From Vibrio cholerae ATCC 14035 (GTDB taxonomy: Bacteria > Pseudomonadota > Gammaproteobacteria > Enterobacterales > Vibrionaceae), in contig NZ_JHXR01000038.1 in NCBI RefSeq assembly GCF_000621645.1, forward strand, positions 1-12,726: DNA of 12,726 nt, read 5' to 3'. Below the pieces are notes generated by a model that was not told where the DNA came from, searched no databases, and saw only the letters and a list, made by a program, of their open reading frames with translations. Below, piece after piece: positions 1 to 5,988 of this stretch. A program made the translations under genes and the position numbers. The stretch's first letter is position 1. Every line of letters starts with the position of its first letter.

Positions 1-32
1 CGCGTTGACAGTCCCTCTTGAGGCGTTTGTTA
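1..32 (-). repeat. VCR attC site, partial (cut by the window edge)
   Basis: The sequence CGCGTTGACAGTCCCTCTTGAGGCGTTTGTTA is identical to the right-hand end of the full VCR copies. Confidence 0.9.
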
Positions 33-433
33 GCTTCGTAGCCTATTGTTTAACAATGGCTTTTAACACATTTGTTTGAAAGGCATTTTACGCAAAAGAA
101 TCAAGCAAGCACACGTCCAACGCCAAAAGCTGTGACGTTGGCTACCAAAACTTAAAACGATCAAGGTTAAGTTGGCCACGGTTAAGAGTCCGCGACAAAG
201 AAAGCAAGATCACAGCGATGATGCAGCATTTTGTGAAATCAAACTTTCCGAGCGGAACATCCAACAACGTTGAAGCATCGAGGCTTACTAGTTTTCAGCG
301 ACTTTGCACCCACTGAACTTTCAACACGTTCGACCAAATCAGCATCAAGAAAAGCTCAAAAGCCAAATTGTGCAATTTGAACGCTAAAATCTGAATTTTT
401 AGGACAATTAAACCGATTTTTGCTTTAAGAAGC
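33..433 (-). repeat. ORF-less cassette body, family A, copy 1
   Basis: It aligns over its whole length with 1390-1786 and 5378-5760. No ORF of 60 aa or more exists in any frame. The short ATG ORFs I traced by hand (7-32 aa) are not conserved between copies. A near-palindrome TATTGTTTAACAATG sits at 44-58. Confidence 0.8.
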
Positions 434-553
434 TAACGCCCGCTTAAGGGGCAGCCAACGCTATTACCAACTTACCGCATAACATCATCATCACAAAAAC
501 CAACGCATGGTAAAAATGCCACGCGTTGGCTGTCCCTCTTGAAGCGTTTGTTA
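434..553 (-). repeat. Divergent VCR-like attC site of the higBA cassette
   Basis: The ends are conserved (TAACGCCCGC...GCGTTTGTTA), but the central ~60 bp is unrelated to the VCR consensus. The inner stem shows paired changes: GGGGCAGCCAACGC / GCGTTGGCTGTCCC here versus GGGGCTGGCAACGC / GCGTTGACAGTCCC in the consensus. Confidence 0.85.
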
Positions 554-868
554 TGTACGTGCGCTTTGTTCCAGCGAAACAAACAACGGCTTTACAAACT
601 TTGCTTCTTCTTGATAACGATTTCTCGTATCCCAAAGATCAACTGCATGTTGAATGTTAAGCCAAAATTCTGGTGTGTTACCTAATGCCGCGGCTAACTT
701 GATTGCTACCGGAGCTGTTAACACACCACCATTAATTAAATTACTGACCGTATTTCTGTGTACGCCCATCGCTTCAGCGAGCGCTTTTGATGTGATGCCC
801 ATTGGTTCAAGAAATTCAACTTTTAACATTTCCCCAACGCTAACTGGACGACGTTTTGTCTTACGCAT
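551..868 (-). CDS. higA: HigA-type antitoxin (Xre/HTH DNA-binding protein)
   Basis: 105 aa. The HTH segment is ITSKALAEAMGVHRNTVSNLINGG. The gene starts 10 nt downstream of the toxin gene, giving the toxin-first order characteristic of higBA. The stop codon TAA (551-553) lies within the attC end. Confidence 0.85.
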   Translation of the reverse strand: MRKTKRRPVSVGEMLKVEFLEPMGITSKALAEAMGVHRNTVSNLINGGVLTAPVAIKLAAALGNTPEFWLNIQHAVDLWDTRNRYQEEAKFVKPLFVSLEQSART

Positions 869-878
869 AGTCGTTACC

Positions 879-1166
879 TCAATACTTATGTGGGTCTAAG
901 TAAGTATTTAGTGCAACACCATCAACCCACTGAAAAATCAAACGATACTGTTTGTTCACTCGAATTGAACACCAACCTTTAAGATTTCCTTCAAGATGTT
1001 CAAAACGATTACCCGGTGGAATTCTTAAGTCTGATTCAGCTTGAGCTGCATCTAAGATTTCCAGCTTCCGAAATAGAGCATTCTCTATGCTACTTGGAAT
1101 TAAACGATGTCGTTTATCATCCTCGTAAAACTGCTCTAACCACTTATCTTTAAATTCTAATGCCAT
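879..1166 (-). CDS. higB: HigB-type toxin (RelE/ParE-fold, plasmid maintenance system killer family)
   Basis: 95 aa from the ATG at 1166 (MALEFKDKWLEQFYEDD...IPPGNRFEHLEGNLKGWCSIRVNKQYRLIFQW). The ORF-track start at 1232 would lie inside the operator region. The gene is paired with a HigA-like HTH gene immediately downstream. Confidence 0.82.
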   Translation of the reverse strand: MALEFKDKWLEQFYEDDKRHRLIPSSIENALFRKLEILDAAQAESDLRIPPGNRFEHLEGNLKGWCSIRVNKQYRLIFQWVDGVALNTYLDPHKY

Positions 1167-1173
1167 TGCAACT

Positions 1174-1229
1174 TGCACTGTCTCATTGTGCATCCATAGG
1201 CAAAGACTAACGCATAATGACACTGTGCA
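1174..1229 (-). promoter_or_regulatory. Putative higBA operator: 14-bp inverted repeat flanking the promoter region
   Basis: The arms are TGCACTGTCTCATT (1174-1187) and AATGACACTGTGCA (1216-1229). They are reverse complements with 2 mismatches and lie directly upstream of the higB ATG. Confidence 0.5.
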
Positions 1230-1266
1230 CAAGTTTGATTTGTAGGAAGGATTTCAGAAAAGTACA

Positions 1267-1389
1267 TAACGCCCGCCTAAGGGGCTGGCAACGCATTAAC
1301 ACTAAACTCAACCTCAACAATCGAAACCACCGCGGCTCAATGGGACTGGAAACGCCACGCGTTGACAGTCCCGCTTGAGGCGTTTGTTA
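1267..1389 (-). repeat. VCR attC site
   Basis: The + strand reads TAACGCCCGCCTAAGGGGCTGGCAACGC...GCGTTGACAGTCCCGCTTGAGGCGTTTGTTA, the reverse complement of the canonical VCR. 123 bp. Confidence 0.95.
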
Positions 1390-1786
1390 GCTTCGTAGCC
1401 CATTGTTTAACAATGATTTTGAGAAAGCAATTTTACGCAAAAGCATCGAACAAACGCACGTCCAGCACCAAAAGCTGTGAAGTAAACAGCCAAAACTCAA
1501 AGCATTCAAGGTTAAGTTGGCCACGTTAAGAGTCCGTGACAAAGAAAACACTCTTTCAGCGATGATGCAGCCTTTGTGAAACCAAGCTTTCCGTTTGGAG
1601 CATCCAACAACATTGAAGCATCAAGGTTTGATGATTTTTAGCGGCTTTGAAACTGCTGAAGATTCCACACTTTCTACCAAATAAGCATCAGAAAGACTCG
1701 AAAGCCAAATTGTGAAACTTGAACACTAAAAGCTGAATTTTCAGGACAATTAAATCCAGACTTTGATAATTTTTGCTTCAAGAAGC
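1390..1786 (-). repeat. ORF-less cassette body, family A, copy 2
   Basis: Paralogous to 33-433 and 5378-5760. No ORF of 60 aa or more. A perfect palindrome CATTGTTTAACAATG sits at 1401-1415. Confidence 0.8.
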
Positions 1787-1908
1787 TAACGCCCGCCTAA
1801 GGGGCTGGCAACGCATAACACCAAACTCAAACACAACAACCATAACCACCACGGCTCATTGGGACTGGAAACGCTACGCGTTGACAGTCCCTCTTGAGGC
1901 GTTTGTTA
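1787..1908 (-). repeat. VCR attC site
   Basis: 122-bp copy of the VCR consensus with conserved inverted ends. Confidence 0.95.
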
Positions 1909-2422
1909 TGCTTAAACTTCAACACTTTACATTTGAACCAACTCAAGAATAACCCACTGAAATCATTCACCAAACTTCGACTTTCATTGAACTAGAACCG
2001 GCTCAACTTTTACCTATGAACAGACCAATGCAGGCTTTCATTTAGCAACTAGGCCAATGTGGAGACCCTCTCCGACAAACCAACTCACCACACATGGGCA
2101 CGATAACTCAATGAGGCAATCACACTGAAACTTACAGCGACAGACACATTGCCGTTTCATTAGGCAGCGAAAAACAATGCTCAATTGCCGACAGACTTTC
2201 AGCCTATAAGTAAAGGCACCAAACTGCTCAAAGCGACTTGAAAGAGCAAAACTCACCTCGCGCAGACTCAACAACCCAATGAGGCAATCACTCAGAAGTT
2301 ACAGCGCCAGACACATTGCCGCTTCGTTAGACAGCGGCGAACAATATTGAATTGCCGACAAAACTGAACGAAATGCCAAAGAGATCAAAAACCACAAACA
2401 ATTGATTTTAATAGATTAAGCA
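1909..2422 (-). repeat. Cassette body, family B, copy 1. Contains two copies of a ~97-bp internal element (2106-2202, 2274-2369).
   Basis: It aligns over its full length with 2545-3059. The only ORF (2038-2274, Cys-rich, TTG start, no SD) shows no coding-type conservation between the two copies. Confidence 0.8.
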
Positions 2423-2544
2423 TAACGCCCGCCTAAGGGGCTGGCAACGCATACCACTAAACTCAAACACAACAACTACAACCACCGCGGCTCAATGGGA
2501 CTGGAAACGCCACGCGTTGACAGTCCCTCTTGAGGCGTTTGTTA
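2423..2544 (-). repeat. VCR attC site
   Basis: 122-bp copy of the VCR consensus. Confidence 0.95.
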
Positions 2545-3059
2545 TGCTTAAGCTTCAACACTTTACATTTGAATCAAATCAATGATAACCAACTGAAATC
2601 ATTGGCCAAACTCCGAGTTTCCTTGAATTAGAACTGGCTCAACTTTTACCTATGAACTGACCAATGCAGGCTTTCATTTAGCGACTAGGCCAATGTGTAG
2701 ACCCTCTCCGACAAACCAACTCACCACACATTGGCGTGATAACTCAATGAGGCAATGGCGCTGAAACTTAAAGCGACAGACACATTGCCGTTTCATTAGG
2801 CAGCGCAAAACAATGCTCAATTGCCGATAGACTTTCAGCTTATAAGTAAAGGCGCCAAACTGGTCAAAGCGACTTGAGAGAGCCAAACTCACCTCGCGTG
2901 GACTCAAAAAACCAATGAGGCAATAACACAGAATTTACAGCGCCAGACACATTGCCGCTTCATTAGGCAGCGACAAACAATATTGAATTGCCGACAAAAC
3001 CAGAACGAAATGCCAAAGGAATCGACAATCACAACCTGCTGATTTTTATGGACTAAGCA
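2545..3059 (-). repeat. Cassette body, family B, copy 2. Internal element copies lie at 2742-2838 and 2910-3006.
   Basis: Paralogue of 1909-2422 with the same internal duplication. Confidence 0.8.
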
Positions 3060-3182
3060 TAACGCCCGCCTAAGGGGCTGGCAACGCACTACCACGAAAC
3101 TCAAACACAACAATCGTAACCACCGCAGCTCATTGGGACTGGAAACGCCACGCGTTGACAGTCCCTCTTGAGGCGTTTGTTA
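3060..3182 (-). repeat. VCR attC site
   Basis: 123-bp copy of the VCR consensus. Confidence 0.95.
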
Positions 3183-3201
3183 GGTATCTTGGATTTATAT
3201 T

Positions 3202-3774
3202 CTATATGTCATCGTCTAGTAACTTTTTCATTTCCTTTTTAATTGCAGAAAATAGAGGTTTAATTTCATCTTCTACATCAAAGTTGATATCTTTTTCTAA
3301 CTGTGAACTATCTAAAATCTTATCGCAAAGATCGTCAACCTTAACCTCAATATCATCAGGCAGAAATAACCGATTAACACGGAGAAAGTTAGACAGTTTT
3401 AATGTACTTTCATTTAGCTTATCAAAGTCACCATGTGAGCAGCTAGCATCGTAATAATGCCTTAAAAACATTATTGTATCTTGTAAATGAGCATGTAGAT
3501 CGGATATCACTTCAGAGCGTTTTCCATGTAACATGCTAAAACGCAGTTCCCTTTTAAATGTTGAATCTTTAAGAGCCGATTTGATGTTTTCAATCGCTGC
3601 TGTTTTCTCAATTTCAACTTTTGCTTTGTAAGACTCTAGCTTCAAGTCGTATTCATGTTTTATTGAGCTTTTAACTCTCTCTGTAATCCAAGTTTTTGAA
3701 AGCCAAACAATTACAGCAGAAGCCACACTACTAGCTGTTACTGAAGCTAAGATTGTTAAAATAATGTCGCTCAA
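3202..3774 (-). CDS. Hypothetical cassette protein, 190 aa: N-terminal transmembrane helix plus a charged, probably helical domain
   Basis: The long ORF runs back into the upstream VCR, so I trimmed it to the in-frame TTG at 3774, which is preceded by GGAGG with a 5-nt spacer. The N-terminus SDIILTILASVTASSVASAVIVWLSKTW is hydrophobic. The rest is K/E/D-rich. I recognise no family. Confidence 0.7.
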   Translation of the reverse strand: MSDIILTILASVTASSVASAVIVWLSKTWITERVKSSIKHEYDLKLESYKAKVEIEKTAAIENIKSALKDSTFKRELRFSMLHGKRSEVISDLHAHLQDTIMFLRHYYDASCSHGDFDKLNESTLKLSNFLRVNRLFLPDDIEVKVDDLCDKILDSSQLEKDINFDVEDEIKPLFSAIKKEMKKLLDDDI

Positions 3775-3792
3775 TGCCCCCTCCAAGATACC

Positions 3793-3914
3793 TAACGCCC
3801 GCCTAAGGGGCTGGCAACGCATACCACTAAACTCAAACACAACAACTGCAACCACCGCGGCTCAATGGGACTGGAAACGCCGCGCGTTGACAGTCCCTCT
3901 TGAGGCGTTTGTTA
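3793..3914 (-). repeat. VCR attC site
   Basis: 122-bp copy of the VCR consensus. Its GTTATAA end supplies the stop codon of the acetyltransferase. Confidence 0.95.
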
Positions 3915-4421
3915 TAAAGCGGACTCTACGTTAAGCGCTTTTTCTAACCACAACGAGCTGATGTACTGCCCATGTTTCTTGGCATATTCGTTGAAAATGC
4001 CGACTTCTCGGAAACCAAACCGTTTATGTAATGCTACTGATGCGTCATTTGGTAATGCAACACCCGACAATATACGATGGACGCCATAAGCACGAATGGA
4101 TGAAAACAGCTGAGTATAAAGCTTCGAACCTAAACCTTTCCCTTTAGCTTCTTGTGCCAGATAAACGCTCACCTCTACAGTGTCATCAAAAGCTGGTATT
4201 GCTCTGTACTTTTGGGAACATGCAAAACCTTGCAACACACCGTTTTCTACAGCCACATATATTTGATATTTGGCGGTTCTAGAAAACTGAGAGAACCATT
4301 CCTCACGATTTTCCAGAGTAAATGGAAATTCCTCAAAGCGTGCATTGGTTTGTTCAATATAAAAGTTAAAGATGTCGGTAATGCCCGCAATATCTTCAAA
4401 TTCACCTGTTCGAATTTCCAC
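3912..4421 (-). CDS. GNAT family N-acetyltransferase, phosphinothricin / methionine-sulfoximine acetyltransferase-like
   Basis: 169 aa. GTG start at 4421 preceded by AGAGGA with a 6-nt spacer. The acetyl-CoA loop is QEAKGKGLGSKL. VEVSVYL and NDASVALHKRFGFREVG match the PAT-type GNAT pattern as I recall it. Confidence 0.85.
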   Translation of the reverse strand: MEIRTGEFEDIAGITDIFNFYIEQTNARFEEFPFTLENREEWFSQFSRTAKYQIYVAVENGVLQGFACSQKYRAIPAFDDTVEVSVYLAQEAKGKGLGSKLYTQLFSSIRAYGVHRILSGVALPNDASVALHKRFGFREVGIFNEYAKKHGQYISSLWLEKALNVESAL

Positions 4422-4447
4422 AAAATGTCCTCTTTCTTCGAGCTTTA

Positions 4448-4570
4448 TAACGCCCGCCTAAGGGGCTGGCAACGCATTACCACTAAACTCAAACACAACA
4501 ACCGAAACCACCGCGGCTCAATGGGACTGGAAACGCCACGCGTTGACAGTCCCTCTTGAGGCGTTTGTTA
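4448..4570 (-). repeat. VCR attC site
   Basis: 123-bp copy of the VCR consensus. Confidence 0.95.
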
Positions 4571-4604
4571 GTTTGCTTTCGCCCAAATCGTGCGATTTAA
4601 TTAT

Positions 4605-4633
4605 TTTAAACACTTCGCATCATAAGCTATACT
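4605..4633 (+). promoter_or_regulatory. Candidate sigma70 promoter of the inverted TA cassette
   Basis: TTTAAA (4605-4610), a 17-bp spacer, then TATACT (4628-4633). The SD AAGGAG at 4650-4655 lies 7 nt before the ATG at 4663. Confidence 0.45.
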
Positions 4634-4662
4634 CTTTCAAACTTTGAGTAAGGAGCCTAGTT

Positions 4663-4905
4663 ATGCACACACTAACAGCAAATGATGCTAAACGAAATTT
4701 TGGTGAACTTCTTCTAAGCGCACAACGCGAACCTGTCATCATCAGCAAAAACAGTAAGAATACTGTCGTTGTCATGTCCATTAAGGACTTTGAAGAACTT
4801 GAAGCAATGAAACTCGATTATCTCAAACACTGCTTTGAGTCTGCTCAGAAAGACTTAGATAGTGGCAAAACCGTTGATGGTGCCACTTTTCTAAACACCC
4901 TTTGA
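4663..4905 (+). CDS. Phd/YefM family antitoxin
   Basis: 80 aa. MHTLTANDAKRNFGELLLSAQREPVIISKNSKNTVVVMSIKDFEELE matches the Phd/YefM N-terminal fold pattern. Strong SD. The toxin gene follows immediately. Confidence 0.85.
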   Translation: MHTLTANDAKRNFGELLLSAQREPVIISKNSKNTVVVMSIKDFEELEAMKLDYLKHCFESAQKDLDSGKTVDGATFLNTL

Positions 4906-4923
4906 TTGAGCGTTTACCTCAAT

Positions 4924-5241
4924 ATGCAAAATAAACAATATAAGCTCAGCCAATTAGCCCAAGAGCACTTACTCAAGATTAAACACTACACCATTGAAAA
5001 TTTCGCTGAAGCGCAGTGGCAAAAATATAAGTCGACCTTGCTTTCAGGTTTCCAAACTCTTGCGGATAACCCAGGACTAGGAAAAAGCTGTGAAGATATT
5101 TACCAAAATGGTTTTTACTTTCCAGTGGGGAAACACATGGCTTATTACACCAAAGAAGCAAACTTCATTCTCATTGTTGCGGTATTAGGGCAATCACAAC
5201 TGCCCCAAAAGCATCTCAAACAGTCACGCTTTGTTTCTTAG
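4924..5241 (+). CDS. parE: ParE family toxin (RelE/ParE superfamily)
   Basis: 105 aa from the ATG at 4924 (MQNKQYKLSQLAQEHLLKIKHYTIENFAEAQWQKY...FYFPVGKHMAYYTKEANFILIVAVLGQSQ). An alternative TTG at 4906 abuts the antitoxin stop, so the start is uncertain by 18 nt. Confidence 0.8.
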   Translation: MQNKQYKLSQLAQEHLLKIKHYTIENFAEAQWQKYKSTLLSGFQTLADNPGLGKSCEDIYQNGFYFPVGKHMAYYTKEANFILIVAVLGQSQLPQKHLKQSRFVS

Positions 5242-5256
5242 TCTCCGATTGCAAAC

Positions 5257-5377
5257 TAACGCCCGCCTAAGGGGCTGACAACGCATTACACAAAACTCAA
5301 ACACAACAACCGAAACCACTGCGGCTCAATGGGACTGGAAACGCCACGCGTTGGCAGTCCCTTTGAGGCGTTTGTTA
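5257..5377 (-). repeat. VCR attC site of the first cassette, slightly degenerate
   Basis: 121 bp. Differences from the consensus are GGGGCTGACAACGC, GCGTTGGCAGTCCC and a 1-bp deletion (CCCTTTGAGG). Confidence 0.92.
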
Positions 5378-5760
5378 GTTTCGTAGCCTATTGTTTAACA
5401 ATGACTTTTTAAACTCATTTTCTTGAAAGTCATTTTACGCAAAAGCATCACGCAAACACACGCCCAACGCCAAAAGCTGTGAAGTTGGCTGCCAAAACGT
5501 TAAGAGTCCGCACAAAGAAAGCCAGATCACAGCGATGATTCAACCTTTTATGAAACCAAACTGATCAAGTTGAACGTCCGACAACATTGAAGCATCAAAG
5601 CTTGTTGGTTATCCGCGGTTTTGAAACCGCTGAACTTTCAACGCTTTCTACCAAATCAACATCAGGAAAAACCCCAAAACCAAATTGTGCAGCTTGAACG
5701 ATAAAGGCTGAATTTTCAGAACCTTGTGCGTGAATTTTTGATGATTTTCCTGAGAGAAAC
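5378..5760 (-). repeat. ORF-less cassette body, family A, copy 3 (first cassette after attIA)
   Basis: Paralogous to 33-433 and 1390-1786. No ORF of 60 aa or more. Near-palindrome TATTGTTTAACAATG at 5389-5403. Confidence 0.8.
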
Positions 5761-5830
5761 TAACGCTTTCTAGACAGCTTCTTACCTTTCCAACAGGTAG
5801 GCTACCGCTATCTAATTAATAGACCACTGG
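5761..5830 (-). other. attIA primary recombination site. The crossover GTTAG is read on the minus strand at 5764-5760.
   Basis: This is the last GTTRRRY-type motif at the junction between the cassette array and the integrase-proximal unique sequence. The outer boundary is approximate. Confidence 0.65.
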
Positions 5831-5834
5831 GTGC

Positions 5835-5878
5835 ATACTACCATAACAACCTTCTAAATCAGTATGTTGAGCATCACA
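5835..5878 (-). promoter_or_regulatory. Candidate cassette promoter Pc: extended -10 (TGgTAGTAT) with an upstream CRP-like box
   Basis: On the minus strand, TGTGATGCTCAACATA (5878-5863) is followed by 22 nt and then TAGTAT (5840-5835) preceded by TGG. That places the CRP-like box centre near -42, a class II geometry. From memory, the V. cholerae Pc is CRP-dependent. Confidence 0.4.
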
Positions 5879-5925
5879 CCATTCAAAAATCTCAGCTTAT
5901 AGATTGCTGATGTCTGTATAGCCTC

Positions 5926-5966
5926 TTGACATAAAAACAACCAACAAATACTGTACAAATAACCAG
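5926..5966 (+). promoter_or_regulatory. PintIA promoter with an overlapping LexA (SOS) box
   Basis: TTGACA (5926-5931), a 17-bp spacer, then TACTGT (5949-5954). The LexA box CTGTACAAATAACCAG (5951-5966) compares with the consensus CTGT-N8-ACAG. Confidence 0.75.
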
Positions 5967-5988
5967 TTAAATATTCAGTGAGAACTAT

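Larger units (their letters stand above)
1..5764 (-). mobile_element. Cassette array of a sedentary chromosomal integron (V. cholerae superintegron type). Nine cassettes, each ending in a VCR attC at its low-coordinate end, read away from attIA on the minus strand.
   Basis: There are nine copies (one truncated by the window edge) of a ~120-bp imperfect-palindrome repeat at irregular 400-730 bp spacing. The array ends at a GTTAG crossover motif next to a divergently oriented integron integrase gene. The unit architecture is ORF plus attC. Confidence 0.93.

Noticed and set aside
444-635. 63-aa ORF on the minus strand.
   Set aside because: It runs mostly through the attC repeat and overlaps the 3' end of higA in another frame. 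It has no RBS.
654-899. 81-aa ORF on the + strand.
   Set aside because: It is entirely antisense to higA, which has a clear HTH antitoxin signature. Its composition is that of a shadow ORF.
879-1232. Longer 117-aa version of the HigB ORF.
   Set aside because: The extra 22 codons (MCTVSLCVSLCLWMHNETVQVA) overlap the inverted-repeat operator and are not HigB-like. The ATG at 1166 gives the family-typical N-terminus.
2038-3113. Cys-rich ORFs of 78, 77 and 69 aa (2038-2274, 2674-2907, 2904-3113) on the minus strand.
   Set aside because: They have TTG starts and no SD. One begins inside a VCR. The substitution pattern between the two paralogues is about 11 non-synonymous to 5 synonymous, with loss of Cys residues and a frame break in the second element of copy 1. 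They look like by-products of a conserved non-coding repeat.
3155-3454. 99-aa ORF on the + strand starting inside a VCR.
   Set aside because: It is antisense to the 190-aa cassette ORF, begins within the attC and is a low-complexity Ser/Leu/Phe-rich translation.
3775-3855. N-terminal extension of the 217-aa ORF (MVAVVVFEFSGMRCQPLRRALGILEGA).
   Set aside because: These codons translate the VCR repeat itself. The same peptide-like strings appear wherever an ORF reads through a VCR.
4152-4559. 135-aa ORF on the + strand.
   Set aside because: It is antisense to the GNAT gene and runs on into the VCR. No RBS and no recognisable domain.
4979-5161. 60-aa ORF on the minus strand.
   Set aside because: It is antisense to the ParE-family toxin gene, so it is a shadow ORF.
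1-5377. A regularly recurring ~120-bp repeat separated by variable sequence could be mistaken for a CRISPR array.
   Set aside because: The repeats are about 120 bp long, are imperfect palindromes with RYYYAAC/GTTRRRY-type ends, and are spaced 400-730 bp apart with genes between them. This is an attC (VCR) cassette array, not CRISPR.
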